Source: an uncultured Gammaproteobacteria bacterium (GTDB lineage: Bacteria > Pseudomonadota > Gammaproteobacteria > GCA-001735895). Taken from it: a stretch of DNA of 64,000 nt. A model generated the notes under the pieces. That model worked only from the letters and a program-made list of their open reading frames with translations. It did no database searches and was not told the DNA's origin. Numbering within the stretch: position 1 is the first letter of the stretch; the number at the start of each line of letters is the position of its first letter. The stretch is taken from NCBI GenBank assembly GCA_947259485.1, contig CAMYLU010000013.1, positions 25,065 to 89,064 on the forward strand, written 5' to 3'. This document shows, piece by piece, positions 48,164-58,982 of the stretch. Made by a program: the position numbers and the translations under genes.

Positions 48164-48184
48164 ACCATTGAGGGGAGCTGAATC

Positions 48185-49195
48185 ATGATTCATCCATTTC
48201 TTGCATCCGTAACCCGGATTTCTGACCTTACTCCAACAAATTTCACCTCAACGCCACTGGCACGCGAGTACTGGGATACCGGCGATTACGTGGTCGGTCA
48301 GGTGCAGGACACACGGGGCCACCTGTGCGCACTGGAGCTACCTGCCGGACGCATGATCGAAGTCATGGAAGGTGACCTGATGGTTGGTGCCTTCGGCACG
48401 CGGGTCGCCACGCTGGAAGCCGTCGGTGACTGGCGCTCGATCGACGACTCGGGTGAGTTGAATGCGCTGACAGCGGCCGGATTGTTCGGCAAGAACACAT
48501 CGCTGTCTCCATTTATATCGTCACCGATGCCCCTAAAATATCACGGGCATGTCATGCGCAATGACGAAAAAGTGACCATGCGCGGCAGCCTGCCGGAAAT
48601 CGAGATAACCGATTTCGACGTACCGGTTATATTGATCGTCGGCACATCGATGTCGGCTGGTAAAACCATGTCCGGGCGGATTATCGTGCATACGCTTTCG
48701 CAAATGGGGCTCAACGTGGTTGGCGCCAAGCTGACCGGTGCCGCGCGTTACCGCGATATGCTGAGCTTTAAAGACGCCGGTGCGAGTGCGGTGTTTGATT
48801 TTGTCGATGCCGGCCTGCCGTCCTCGGCGGTTGATGAAGACCTCTACCGAGAGGCCCTTCCCTACCTGTTATCTCTCATTTCGCGCGAAAAACCCGATGT
48901 ACTGGTAGCCGAGGGCGGCGCCTCGCCACTGGAACCCTATAACGGTTCCGTGGCCAAGGACATGATAAGGGATAGCGTCAAGTTCAAGCTGCTTTGCGCC
49001 CAGGATCCGTATGCGGTGGTTGGCGTGCAGCAGGCGTTCCAGCGTACCCCGGACCTGGTATCTGGCGGTGCCGCTAATACCGAGGCCGCCATCGCCCTGG
49101 TAGAAAAACTGTCGGGGCTGCCCGCCCTTAACCTGGTGGATCCCGCAAATCGCGACAAGCTGGGAGACCTGCTGCGTAAAGCGCTCGAACTGTAA
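48185..49195 (+). CDS. P-loop containing protein, DUF1611-like (family recalled from memory; function unknown)
   Basis: 336 aa. Walker-A-like ..ILIVGTSMSAGKTM.. in the C-terminal half. Confidence 0.5.
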   Translation: MIHPFLASVTRISDLTPTNFTSTPLAREYWDTGDYVVGQVQDTRGHLCALELPAGRMIEVMEGDLMVGAFGTRVATLEAVGDWRSIDDSGELNALTAAGLFGKNTSLSPFISSPMPLKYHGHVMRNDEKVTMRGSLPEIEITDFDVPVILIVGTSMSAGKTMSGRIIVHTLSQMGLNVVGAKLTGAARYRDMLSFKDAGASAVFDFVDAGLPSSAVDEDLYREALPYLLSLISREKPDVLVAEGGASPLEPYNGSVAKDMIRDSVKFKLLCAQDPYAVVGVQQAFQRTPDLVSGGAANTEAAIALVEKLSGLPALNLVDPANRDKLGDLLRKALEL

Positions 49196-49294
49196 AAAAA
49201 CCCCGGTTGGGGAGGCGTATAAAATAGCGGTTTCGGTTCAATCCGAGTTTCAATACACTAGCGGGCCGAGTTAAATAACGAATCGAGCACCCGT

Positions 49295-50539
49295 TTGACT
49301 AACCAGACTCGCATCGCCGTGATCGGCGCCGGGATTGTCGGTTGCAGCTGCGCTTTGTGGCTGCAAAAGAAAGGCTTTGCGGTAACATTGATTGACCCCG
49401 AGGACCCGGGCTCGGGCACCTCGTCTGGAAGCGCCTGCACCATTGCCGAATACGGTTGCGTGCCGGTCAACAGCCCCGATCTTTTCCGGCGTTTGCCTGC
49501 ACTGCTTTTCTCCAGCAAAAGTCCCCTTAGCCTCGACCTGGCTTACGTGTTGTCGCATCCCGCATGGATGATCGAGTTCCTGTTGAATTGCCGCGAGAAA
49601 AAAGTGGCCCGAATTATCCGTTTGCTCGGCAAGTTACTGGGCAAGGTCTATGACGGCCTCGACCCGCTGCTCGACATGGCCGATGCGCGTGATCTGCTAT
49701 CGCAAAGCGGTTTCATGCATGTTTATGTCGACCAACAGGAATTTGACGCTGCCAGGCCAGCGAACCAGGCGCGGCGTGAACAGGGTTCGACCTTTGTCGA
49801 ACTCGACCGGGGTGACATCCGCGACCTCGAACCTAACCTGAAAATTGCGTTCGAGCGTGGATTGCTGTTCGACAGCATCAGCCACGTGTTGAATCCGTTG
49901 ATGCTCTGCCAGCGCTACGTGGAGTGTTTCAAGCGCAACCAGGGAGAGCTGCTGCGTCATCGCGCGCTTGAAATTAACCATGGCGCAGGCGCGGTACAGA
50001 TCAGGCTGGATAATGGCGAAACCGTCGACGCGGAACGCGTTGTCATTGCCGCCGGCGCATTCTCAAAATCCATCGCTGGTATTCCGACGCAATTGCTGAA
50101 ACTCGATACCGAGCGCGGCTACCACGTGCAGTTCAACAATATGCAGCACTTGCTGAAACGCCCGGTGAGCTGGCATCACGCCGGTTTCTACGCAACGCCA
50201 ACGAACCAGGGCATGCGCTTCGCTGGCACCGTCGAAATTGCGGGTATTCACAAGGAAAAAAATCCCCGGATTATCAACTACCTGAATCGCAAGGCACACG
50301 AAATGCTAGAGCTACCGGAACAACCTGACCAGGAATGGCTCGGGTTTCGTCCCACCTGCCCCGATGCATTGCCGGTCATTGGTTACAGCACGACGTCGGA
50401 GTACATCCTCTACGCCTTTGGGCATCATCATCTCGGATTGACCTTATCCGGTATTACCGGAAAGCTGATTGCTGAACTGGCAAACGGCGAAGAACCCAGT
50501 CACAATATAACGCCGTTCAGCCCGAGAAGGTTCTTATGA
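49295..50539 (+). CDS. FAD-dependent oxidoreductase of the D-amino-acid oxidase (DAO) superfamily
   Basis: 414 aa. N-terminal Rossmann ..IAVIGAGIVGCSCALWL.. dinucleotide-binding motif and DAO-type C-terminus. TTG or other internal start is possible. Confidence 0.78.
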   Translation: MTNQTRIAVIGAGIVGCSCALWLQKKGFAVTLIDPEDPGSGTSSGSACTIAEYGCVPVNSPDLFRRLPALLFSSKSPLSLDLAYVLSHPAWMIEFLLNCREKKVARIIRLLGKLLGKVYDGLDPLLDMADARDLLSQSGFMHVYVDQQEFDAARPANQARREQGSTFVELDRGDIRDLEPNLKIAFERGLLFDSISHVLNPLMLCQRYVECFKRNQGELLRHRALEINHGAGAVQIRLDNGETVDAERVVIAAGAFSKSIAGIPTQLLKLDTERGYHVQFNNMQHLLKRPVSWHHAGFYATPTNQGMRFAGTVEIAGIHKEKNPRIINYLNRKAHEMLELPEQPDQEWLGFRPTCPDALPVIGYSTTSEYILYAFGHHHLGLTLSGITGKLIAELANGEEPSHNITPFSPRRFL

Positions 50540-51309
50540 CAATGCGATTTGAAGGTAAGAGGGTCATCATAACCGGCGGCACCGGGGGTATCGGCCAGGC
50601 GCTGGTGGAGCTATTTGCCGGCGAAGGTGGGCAGGTGCTGTTCTCCGACCGTAGCGAAGAAGATTGCAGCGACCTCGGCAATGCATTGCGCCGAAAGGGC
50701 CTGGAGACAATTTTCCTGGCGGGCGATTTGCGCCAGAAGGCCTATTGCGAGTCGCTGATAAGCCACGCGGTGGAAAACCTGGGTGGCATCGATATTCTAA
50801 TCAACAATGCGGGCATCATCCCGCGCGGTAACATCCTCGAAACCAACGACGACATGTGGTTCAGTTCGCTGGACGTCAACCTGACCGCGGTTTTCTTTCT
50901 GTGCCGGGCCGCAATTCCGCATATGCAGCAGGCCGGTGGCGGCGCGATCGTAAACACCTCGTCGACCTGGGGTATTTACCCGGGCCCCGATCACGTTGCT
51001 TACTGCACCAGCAAGGCGGCGGTGGCAGCACTAACCAAAAACCTGGGGCGAGATCATGCCGCCGATGGCATTCGCGTCAACGCGGTCTGCCCCAACGAGG
51101 TCAATACGCCGATGCTGCGCAGCGGTTTTATCCGTCGCGGAATTGACCCGGTTAATGCGGTCGAGGAACTTGGCAAGACCGTGCCGCTCGGGCATATCGC
51201 GGAACCCGCGGAGATTGCCGACGTAATCGCGTTTCTCGCTTCGAACGAGGCGCGCTATGTCTGTGGTGCGACTGTCGAAGTCACCGGTGCCAAACCAGTC
51301 TACGGTTAA
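50536..51309 (+). CDS. SDR-family oxidoreductase
   Basis: 257 aa. TGGTGGIG Rossmann motif, NNAG, and S..YxxxK catalytic triad (..YCTSKAAV..). Confidence 0.85.
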   Translation: MTMRFEGKRVIITGGTGGIGQALVELFAGEGGQVLFSDRSEEDCSDLGNALRRKGLETIFLAGDLRQKAYCESLISHAVENLGGIDILINNAGIIPRGNILETNDDMWFSSLDVNLTAVFFLCRAAIPHMQQAGGGAIVNTSSTWGIYPGPDHVAYCTSKAAVAALTKNLGRDHAADGIRVNAVCPNEVNTPMLRSGFIRRGIDPVNAVEELGKTVPLGHIAEPAEIADVIAFLASNEARYVCGATVEVTGAKPVYG

Positions 51310-51312
51310 GAA

Positions 51313-52074
51313 ATGACCAATCTCGAAGGCAAGGTCATTGTCATTACCGGCGGTGGCCAGGGTATCGGCCTCGGCATCAGTCAGGCGATGCTTGCAGCCG
51401 GGGCGGCATTGCTGGTAGCACAACGCTCACCGCTGCCATCGGACCTGGCAAACCAGGACTGGGTGCACTGGGTCGAAACAGATCTTTCGAACCCCGATAG
51501 TTATGCGACAGTTGCCAGCGCTGCAGAACAAACTTTCGGCAAGGTTGATGTATTGATCAATAACGCGGGATTCATGTTTGAAAAACCACTTGATGATTTG
51601 CAGCTCGAAGAATGGAACCGGATGATCGCGGTCAACCTGACCGCACCCGTATTTTTAAGCAAGCATTTATTGCCGCTGCTGCGCGCCGACAAGGGTGGCA
51701 GCATTATCAACATCGGCTCGATCGAAGGTCTCGCCGCAAATCCCCAACACGCTGCCTACTGCGCTTCCAAGGGGGGTATACACGCGCTGACCCGGGCCAT
51801 GGCGATCGACCTCGGTAAGGATAATATCCGCGTCAATGCAATTGCTCCCGGCTGGATACGCACGGATTTGAGCGACGATTACATCAACGCGCAGCAGGAC
51901 CCGGACACCGCCTGGGAGGATTTATACAAAATGCACCCGGCCGGGCGCATTGGCGAACCGGAGGATGTCGGCAAGCTCGCCGTTTACCTCGCGAGCGACG
52001 ATTCCACGTTTGTCACCGGCCAGGTCATCGTCATCGACGGTGGCAGAACCAGCAAACTGCCGCTACCTTTCTAA
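51313..52074 (+). CDS. SDR-family oxidoreductase (second paralog)
   Basis: 253 aa. TGGGQGIG, NNAG, and Y..K in ..YCASKGGI... Confidence 0.85.
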   Translation: MTNLEGKVIVITGGGQGIGLGISQAMLAAGAALLVAQRSPLPSDLANQDWVHWVETDLSNPDSYATVASAAEQTFGKVDVLINNAGFMFEKPLDDLQLEEWNRMIAVNLTAPVFLSKHLLPLLRADKGGSIINIGSIEGLAANPQHAAYCASKGGIHALTRAMAIDLGKDNIRVNAIAPGWIRTDLSDDYINAQQDPDTAWEDLYKMHPAGRIGEPEDVGKLAVYLASDDSTFVTGQVIVIDGGRTSKLPLPF

Positions 52075-52105
52075 TCAGATCACTAATACCAGGGTTCAAT
52101 AACAA

Positions 52106-52741
52106 ATGTCAGCTGTAGATAAATTATTAAAGGGTTACCAGGAGTATCGTGACGGATCCTACGAACTGAGCCGTCCCTTAATCGAAAACCTGGTTGCCAA
52201 AGGACAGCGCCCGGAAGTGGCCGTAATCGCCTGTTCCGATTCACGCGTCGACCCGGCAATCCTGTTCCAGGCGGACCCGGGTGATCTGTTCGTGATCCGT
52301 AACGTCGCAAACCTGGTGCCACCGATGGAACTGGAGGGCACTTATCACGGTACCAGTGCTGCACTGGAATTCGCGATCCTGGGACTTAATGTCAAACACC
52401 TGGTGGTGCTGGGCCACGCTCATTGCGGTGGCATCAAGTTGATGATGGACCCCGAACCCTATGACAGTTCTTTCAAATTTGTTCCTTCCTGGGTATCGAT
52501 GCTGGCCGCGGCTCACCGACGGGTACTCGCCACCATGTCATCGGCCGGTGAAGAAGCCTGCACCCGGGCCTGTGAGCAAAACGCGGTACTGGTATCGCTT
52601 GAAAACCTGACCACGTTTCCATGGGTACGCGAGCGCGTCGAGTCTGGCGCACTGCAGTTGCATGGCTGGTATGTTGATATTGCCGGCCCTGAGCTCAGCG
52701 GCTACGACTGGGAAGCGGGTAAATTTACACCCTTCAGCTAA
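52106..52741 (+). CDS. Beta-class carbonic anhydrase
   Basis: 211 aa. ..CSDSRVDP.. (Cys-x-Asp-x-Arg) and ..HAHCGG.. zinc ligands. Confidence 0.85.
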   Translation: MSAVDKLLKGYQEYRDGSYELSRPLIENLVAKGQRPEVAVIACSDSRVDPAILFQADPGDLFVIRNVANLVPPMELEGTYHGTSAALEFAILGLNVKHLVVLGHAHCGGIKLMMDPEPYDSSFKFVPSWVSMLAAAHRRVLATMSSAGEEACTRACEQNAVLVSLENLTTFPWVRERVESGALQLHGWYVDIAGPELSGYDWEAGKFTPFS

Positions 52742-52885
52742 GACCAGGTAACAATCGGAACTTGTTGTCCGCTCAAGTGGTTTGCACGATCGTCATATCT
52801 GCTGTTAAATATGGTCCGTACGACAACCCCGTGCTCCAAATAACGGGGAAAATATAAATAACACATAAAATTCCTGGAGGAATCG

Positions 52886-53734
52886 ATGAAACAACCAATC
52901 AAAACTTTACTGGTCAGCGCCGCCTCGGCAGCCCTCATTGTCGCCAGCAGCGCCAGCCTGGCAGCGGGCCATAGCTGTACCAACGACACCTGGAACAAGG
53001 TCATGAAACGCGGCAAGATGGTCGTTGGCGTCAAGGCCGACTACAAGCCCTGGGGTTATCGTGATTCTGGCGGTGCCATCGTTGGCATGGAGGCCGATAT
53101 GGCGAAAATTGCGGCCGACGCCATGGGTGTTGACCTCGAACTGGTGGCGGTACAGTCTTCTAACCGCATGCAATTCCTGGAAAACGGCAAGATCGACCTG
53201 ATGATCGCAACCATGTCGGACCGTGTCGATCGACGTAAAATTGTCGGTATCACCCAACCCAACTACTACACCTCGGGCACCAACGTGATGGCACCCAAGG
53301 CAGTGGGCATAAAAAAATGGGAAGATCTTCGCGGCAAGCCGGTCTGTGGCAAGCAGGGAGCTTTCTATAATAAAGTCGTCTCCGATCGCTATGACGCAAA
53401 GATCATTGCCTTCACCGGTAATGCTGAAGCCAAGCAGGCACTGCGTGACAAGAAGTGTATTGCCTGGGTTTACGACGATTCATCAATCATGTCGGACCTG
53501 TCTTCAGGTAACTACGATAGTTACGAAATGCCGTTGAATAGCGAGGACGACAACCCCTGGGGACTCGCGGTACCGCTGGCCGAAAAGGATTGTATTTTCG
53601 GCAACTTCATGTCCGGATTAACCTTCAACCTGCACCAGTCAGGCAAGCTTATCGAGCTTGAAAAGAAATGGGGAATCCAGGCCACGCAGTACCTGAAGGA
53701 TCAAAACAAGCGTTTTTCTGACTGGATTCAGTAA
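52886..53734 (+). CDS. Polar amino-acid ABC transporter substrate-binding protein (family 3)
   Basis: 282 aa with a signal peptide. Periplasmic-binding type 2 fold (..VVGVKADYKPWGY..DLMIATMS..). Confidence 0.85.
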   Translation: MKQPIKTLLVSAASAALIVASSASLAAGHSCTNDTWNKVMKRGKMVVGVKADYKPWGYRDSGGAIVGMEADMAKIAADAMGVDLELVAVQSSNRMQFLENGKIDLMIATMSDRVDRRKIVGITQPNYYTSGTNVMAPKAVGIKKWEDLRGKPVCGKQGAFYNKVVSDRYDAKIIAFTGNAEAKQALRDKKCIAWVYDDSSIMSDLSSGNYDSYEMPLNSEDDNPWGLAVPLAEKDCIFGNFMSGLTFNLHQSGKLIELEKKWGIQATQYLKDQNKRFSDWIQ

Positions 53735-53802
53735 CAGGATCAGTCAAGTCGATCAGATATCAGCCGGGGGCAAGCCCCGGCTGATGTTTACGCTTCTTTC
53801 AA

Positions 53803-54555
53803 ATGAACGCATTCCAGCAATATTTTTACGATCTCGCGCAGACCTACCCGAAATGGAACTTCATTTATTTTTATGATCCGGTTCAGACCTGGCGCGTAGT
53901 CGATGGCCTGTGGATGACCATTCAACTCTCGGTCGTCTGTGTCATCTTCAGCGTTATTATCGGTGTGGTCGGCGCCTGGGCTCAGGGTGCGCACTCGAAG
54001 ACCCTGCGGCTTGTCATGCAGGGCTACATCCAGTTTTTTCGCAATACCCCGCCGCTGGTTCAGCTGATGTTTTTCTATTTTGCGCTGGGCCAGTTTACCC
54101 CGACCTATGCCCCCGATGGCTGGGTCGAGGTGCCGATTATTTCCAATGTCGGCTGGGCAATCATATCGCTGTCATTCTTTGCCGGTGCTTTCAACGTGGA
54201 AATTTTCAGAGCCGGCATCGAGGCGGTTCCGGAATCGACCCAGGAAGCAGCCGAGGCTCTCGGCATGAACCGGTTACAGATTTATATCTACATCGTGCTA
54301 CCGCTGGCGTTTCGAGTCAGCCTGCCTGCACTCAACAACAACCTGGTCAACCTGGTAAAAACCACGACCCAGGCGCTGGCAATCGCGGTTCCCGAACTGC
54401 TTTATCAAATGATCAGCATATACAACGATTACTCAACCGCGCAGAACGCCTGCATGCTGTTCCTGTTTTTTGCCTATTTCCTGCTGGTCGGCATTCTTGT
54501 CCTCGGCATGAGCCGCTGGGAGCGCGGCATGCGCATCCCGGGATACGGCGCATGA
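53803..54555 (+). CDS. Polar amino-acid ABC transporter permease (first of two)
   Basis: 250 aa, 5-6 TM, EAA-like loop ..AEALGMNRLQIYIYIVLP... Confidence 0.85.
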   Translation: MNAFQQYFYDLAQTYPKWNFIYFYDPVQTWRVVDGLWMTIQLSVVCVIFSVIIGVVGAWAQGAHSKTLRLVMQGYIQFFRNTPPLVQLMFFYFALGQFTPTYAPDGWVEVPIISNVGWAIISLSFFAGAFNVEIFRAGIEAVPESTQEAAEALGMNRLQIYIYIVLPLAFRVSLPALNNNLVNLVKTTTQALAIAVPELLYQMISIYNDYSTAQNACMLFLFFAYFLLVGILVLGMSRWERGMRIPGYGA

Positions 54556-55454
54556 CGCCGGTCAGCAAATCGGGTGCTGCCAGGGATCGGTTCAATGCAA
54601 CCAACCTCGCAGTGTTGAAGCCATTTAAATATAATCCGGCCGGCCAGGTTCAGGATTTACAATTCAGTCATTGGCTGGCTGAATTTTCACCTCGCAGCCT
54701 GCTTATCATTGCACTGCTATTTCTGCTTTGGCCCGGGTTTGCGATGGCGCAAAGCAACTACAGTTTTGCGCAGGCGCTCGACGCACTATGGCGCTGGTTG
54801 CCCTTCATCGTCACCAAGGGATTCCTGCTAAACCTGATCGTCAGCTTTCTGACCATGTTCATCGGCACCATTGCAGGCGTTCTGTTGGGGCTTGGGCAGG
54901 TTTCACCGTTACGGCCGCTGGCGCGGTTGAGCTGGTTCATCACCCAGTTGTTCCGCAACTCGCCCTGGCTGGTGTTGCTGTTCATCGTGATGCTGGCACT
55001 GCCGTTCGAAATTGAAATCGGGGGCGAGGTATACCCGATTCCCGACTGGCTCAAGGCCGTGTTTGGTCTGGCGTTACCGATCATGGCAAACATCTCCGAG
55101 ATCGTGCGGGGTGCAATCGTGTCGGTGCCGACCGGACAGTGGGAAGCAGCCGAGTCACTCGCTTATTCGCGACAGCAAACGCTGTGGATGGTCATCCTGC
55201 CGCAGTGTTTCAAACGCATGATTCCACCCTGGATGAACTGGTATGCAATCCTGACCATGGCCACGCCTCTGATTTCGCTACTCGGGGTCGAAGAAATCAT
55301 CACCCTGTCACGCCAGGCGATGGAGGCAGAGGACAATCATCCCGAGTTACTGGTACCGTTTTTCGGCTTTGCATTGATCATATTTTTTGCCTACTGCTAC
55401 CCCATCGCGCGCCTCACAATCAGGCTGGAGAAACGTTTTGTCGTCAGGCAATAA
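54552..55454 (+). CDS. Polar amino-acid ABC transporter permease (second) with an extended N-terminal region
   Basis: Start at MTPVSKSG.., with ATGA overlap on the preceding stop. EAA-like ..AESLAYSRQQTLWMVILP... The listed 514-aa ORF 53910..55454 is an out-of-frame read-through over both permeases and is rejected. Confidence 0.8.
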   Translation: MTPVSKSGAARDRFNATNLAVLKPFKYNPAGQVQDLQFSHWLAEFSPRSLLIIALLFLLWPGFAMAQSNYSFAQALDALWRWLPFIVTKGFLLNLIVSFLTMFIGTIAGVLLGLGQVSPLRPLARLSWFITQLFRNSPWLVLLFIVMLALPFEIEIGGEVYPIPDWLKAVFGLALPIMANISEIVRGAIVSVPTGQWEAAESLAYSRQQTLWMVILPQCFKRMIPPWMNWYAILTMATPLISLLGVEEIITLSRQAMEAEDNHPELLVPFFGFALIIFFAYCYPIARLTIRLEKRFVVRQ

Positions 55455-55475
55455 ATTATTCCCGGAGTATTTGAC

Positions 55476-56231
55476 ATGACCAACAGTGACTGGACACCTG
55501 ATCAACCGCTGGTGTCGATCAAGGACGTGCATAAATCGTTTGGCGATCTCGAAGTATTGAAAGGTGTTTCACTCGATGTCAGGCAAGGTGAGGTAATTTG
55601 TATTATTGGTCCATCCGGTTCAGGCAAGTCGACCCTTATCCGTTGTGTCAACGCGCTTAATACGATTGACAGTGGATCGATCAAGGTTGAAGGTATTGAA
55701 GTCAATGATCCCGGCCTCGACAAACTCGAGTTGCGCAAAAATGTCGGCATGGTATTTCAGCAGTACAACCTGTTCCCGCACAAAACCGCGCTCGAAAATG
55801 TGATGATGGCACCGATCAAGGTATTGAAACAATCTGCCGAGGAAGTCGAGGAACGTGCGCACGCGTTGATTAAGCGCGTCAACCTGGTGGGCAAGGAGAA
55901 TTCCTATCCCGGCGAACTCTCGGGCGGCCAGCAACAACGTGTTGCGATTGCGCGCTCGCTGGCGATGAACCCTGACGTCATGCTGTTCGACGAAGTCACC
56001 GCCGCGCTGGACCCTGAAACCGTGAACGAGGTGCTGCTTGCGATCAAGGACCTGGCCCAGGATGGCATGACCTGTATCCTGGTGACCCACGAAATGGGCT
56101 TCGCGCGAGAAGTCGCCGATCACATTTACTTCACCGATCGCGGCATCATTGTTGAGCATGGTCCGCCCGCCACGTTTTTTACCGAGGCCAAGGATCCGCG
56201 GACCCGGGAATTCCTGAGCCAGATTCTCTAG
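55476..56231 (+). CDS. Polar amino-acid ABC transporter ATP-binding protein
   Basis: 251 aa. GPSGSGKST Walker A, LSGGQQQRVAIAR signature, MLFDEVTAALD Walker B. Confidence 0.92.
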   Translation: MTNSDWTPDQPLVSIKDVHKSFGDLEVLKGVSLDVRQGEVICIIGPSGSGKSTLIRCVNALNTIDSGSIKVEGIEVNDPGLDKLELRKNVGMVFQQYNLFPHKTALENVMMAPIKVLKQSAEEVEERAHALIKRVNLVGKENSYPGELSGGQQQRVAIARSLAMNPDVMLFDEVTAALDPETVNEVLLAIKDLAQDGMTCILVTHEMGFAREVADHIYFTDRGIIVEHGPPATFFTEAKDPRTREFLSQIL

Positions 56232-56389
56232 TATTGATAACCGCGCTCGCGGCTTGTCTCTTACCTTTGTCAACAATGTCACAACACAATTGACGTTAAT
56301 GCCGCTGGCCGTCAGAATGCCAGGTGCATTAGCCTGAGCCAGTTCCGAACCTGGCGGCACTATAAGAGCGTGGCCAAACCACCAGACAG

Positions 56390-57718
56390 ATGAGCAACAT
56401 TTTCCCCCGCAACTGTAAAATGGGCCTGCCGCTCGCGGTTGAGGGCGACGGTGTCTATATTATTGACCGCACCGGAAAGCGTTACCTCGATGCTTCGGGC
56501 GGTGCCGCGGTCTCCTGCCTAGGTCACAGCGACGCCCAGGTTATCAAGGCAATCAAGAAACAGGTCAAGCGTCTCGAATTCGCACATACCGGATTCTTCA
56601 GCAGCATACCAGCCGAGGCACTTGCCGAGTTACTGATCAAGGAAGCGCCCGGGTCGCTCGACCGGGTTTACCTGGTTTCAGGGGGTTCCGAAGCGGTCGA
56701 AGCGGCAATCAAGCTCGCTCGCCAGTATTTCATCGAGATCGGGCAGCCCGACCGTCATCGGGTCATTGCGCGCAGGCAGTCCTATCACGGCAACACCCTC
56801 GGTGCACTCGCCGCCGGCGGCAACCTGTGGCGTCGCGAACCGTTTGCGCCGTTGATGATTGAAACCACGCACATCGCGCCCTGCTACAGCTATCGTGACC
56901 AGCAAAAAGAAGAGACCGAATTTGAATACGGACAGCGGGTCGCCAACGAACTCGAAACCGAAATCCTGCGCCTCGGCGCAGAACAGGTCATGGCGTTTAT
57001 AGCCGAACCGGTGGTCGGCGCGACGCTCGGTGCGGTACCCGCGGTGGCGGGCTACTACAAGCGAATTCGCGAAATCTGCGATCAGTACGGAGTGTTATTG
57101 ATTCTCGATGAAGTCATGTGTGGCATGGGTCGAACCGGCAGTCTCTACGCCTGCGACCAGGATGGTATCGCACCGGATATCATGACCATCGCTAAAGGAC
57201 TGGGCGCGGGTTACCAGCCGATCGGGGCCATGCTTTGTACCGATACCATTTACAATGCAATCGCGCAGGGCTCGGGCTTCTTTCAACACGGACATACTTA
57301 CCTCGGGCATCCGGTTGCCTGTGCAGCTGCACATGCGGTCGTCAAAAAAGTGATGGAAAGGCGTTTGCTCGACCAGGTGCTGGCCCAGGGTGTAAGCCTG
57401 CGCAAGGCACTGATGGACAAGTTCGAGGAGCATCCGAATATCGGCGACATTCGTGGACGGGGGCTGTTCCTGGGGCTCGAGTTCGTCCGCGAACGCGACA
57501 GCAAGTCGCCTTTTCCGCCCCAGCTCGGCTTTCATAAAAAGTTCAAGCAGGCGGCATTTGAAGCCGGCCTCATCTGCTACCCGATGGGCGGCACCATCGA
57601 CGGGCAACAGGGTGATCACGTGTTGCTGGCGCCACCCTTCATTATCAAAAACAAACATATTGATGAAATTGTCAGCAAGCTTGACCAGGCTCTAAAGTCC
57701 ACGCTGCGCTCGCTATGA
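56390..57718 (+). CDS. Class III (omega) aminotransferase, aspartate aminotransferase superfamily fold type I
   Basis: 442 aa. ..GSEAVEAAIKLAR.., ..LILDEVMCGMGRTG.. and PLP-lysine ..TIAKGLGAG... Confidence 0.88.
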   Translation: MSNIFPRNCKMGLPLAVEGDGVYIIDRTGKRYLDASGGAAVSCLGHSDAQVIKAIKKQVKRLEFAHTGFFSSIPAEALAELLIKEAPGSLDRVYLVSGGSEAVEAAIKLARQYFIEIGQPDRHRVIARRQSYHGNTLGALAAGGNLWRREPFAPLMIETTHIAPCYSYRDQQKEETEFEYGQRVANELETEILRLGAEQVMAFIAEPVVGATLGAVPAVAGYYKRIREICDQYGVLLILDEVMCGMGRTGSLYACDQDGIAPDIMTIAKGLGAGYQPIGAMLCTDTIYNAIAQGSGFFQHGHTYLGHPVACAAAHAVVKKVMERRLLDQVLAQGVSLRKALMDKFEEHPNIGDIRGRGLFLGLEFVRERDSKSPFPPQLGFHKKFKQAAFEAGLICYPMGGTIDGQQGDHVLLAPPFIIKNKHIDEIVSKLDQALKSTLRSL

Positions 57719-57758
57719 GGCGCGACGCTGTTATCGTGGCTGCGCCGAACGGCACGCG

Positions 57759-58982
57759 TCATCTACTCGACATCCGCAGGGTATAAACCAGCAGCGCGGT
57801 CGCGCCCACGCAGAATGCGGCCATAATCATCGAGATTATCGGAAATGACATGTTCCACTCGAGCAGCGTACCCACCAGGGCCGGGCCGAGGGCCGATGAA
57901 AATACCATGATCGCGTTGGTCATGGATTTGATCGCACCGAGATGCCTGGCGCCATAAAGCTCGGCCCAGAGCGCGCTCAGGCCGGTGAAATAAAGCCCGG
58001 AACTGATACCCATCAACAGCATGTAAGGCCATACGATGAAGGGGTGATCGGAGATATTCAGCACCACCAACGCCAGCGCCAGCGGCAACAGGAACAGCGG
58101 CACCACCCGCCGTGCACTGAAACGGTCGATCAGAATGCCTGAATAAACCGTGGTCGCGACCGAGACCAGTGAGTAAAGCCAGTAGTTTCCAGTCAGCCAC
58201 AGGCTGCTCCAGTGCTTGGCATTGGCAATTTCGGCCGGAAAGAAGAACAGTGCCGTGCCAATCATCGACGGTGCGATCATCGCCGGCAACATGAAATAAA
58301 ATCGCAGCTCGGCAAGCATCTGCCGGCGCGTATAGTCACTTTGACGATCTTCCTGTTGCGCCCGTTTTTCGAGCGCATCGTTGTGTTCGGCATGGCGTTG
58401 GCTATGCCCTTTCAGTAACCAGAGTGCCAGTACAATCGCCGCCAACACCACCGCCGAGACGATATAAAAGGTGTGACGCCAACCCCATAGCTGCGAGGCG
58501 TAAAGACCGAGCACCGGCAACATGGCTTCACCGAAGGCAAAACCGATAGCGGCGAGCGCGATTGCCTTGCCACGATCAGCACTGTGGTAGCGTGCCATCG
58601 ACGTTATTCCGGCGTGACTACTCAATCCCTGGCCGAACTGCCGCAACATGAATATCGCCAACACCAGCATTAACGGTGAAGTCACCGAACCCATCAGCAG
58701 GCAGGCACAGCACAAACCAAGCAGTGCCAACGCGGTGAACAGACGCAAATCGAGTCGATCGATCAGCGCGCCGGTCCAGTTGATGACGAGCGCAGACGCG
58801 AGGGTGCCGATCATGTAAATGCGACCCCAGCTACCGGCGTCGAGGTCGAAATCCGCCTGGATTCCGGCACCGAACACCCCGATAAAATAGGTCTGGCCCG
58901 CGCTCGACATGAACGCGAGGAAAAATCCGAATCCGAGAAAACGCGAATTCGATCGGGCAAAACGCCAATAGTCAACGAGCAT
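57759..58982 (-). CDS. MFS transporter
   Basis: 407 aa, 12 TM, MFS-type loop motifs (..GALIDRLDLR..). Confidence 0.78.
   Translation of the reverse strand: MLVDYWRFARSNSRFLGFGFFLAFMSSAGQTYFIGVFGAGIQADFDLDAGSWGRIYMIGTLASALVINWTGALIDRLDLRLFTALALLGLCCACLLMGSVTSPLMLVLAIFMLRQFGQGLSSHAGITSMARYHSADRGKAIALAAIGFAFGEAMLPVLGLYASQLWGWRHTFYIVSAVVLAAIVLALWLLKGHSQRHAEHNDALEKRAQQEDRQSDYTRRQMLAELRFYFMLPAMIAPSMIGTALFFFPAEIANAKHWSSLWLTGNYWLYSLVSVATTVYSGILIDRFSARRVVPLFLLPLALALVVLNISDHPFIVWPYMLLMGISSGLYFTGLSALWAELYGARHLGAIKSMTNAIMVFSSALGPALVGTLLEWNMSFPIISMIMAAFCVGATALLVYTLRMSSR

Noticed and set aside
53910-55454. 514-aa ORF spanning both ABC permease genes
   Set aside because: It is an out-of-frame read-through of the high-GC region. 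Its translation is Arg/Gly/Pro-rich with no TM helices, while the two in-frame permease ORFs (53803..54555 and 54552..55454) have canonical permease features.
57095-57658. 187-aa minus-strand ORF inside the aminotransferase gene
   Set aside because: It is antisense to a gene with a clear PLP-lysine motif.
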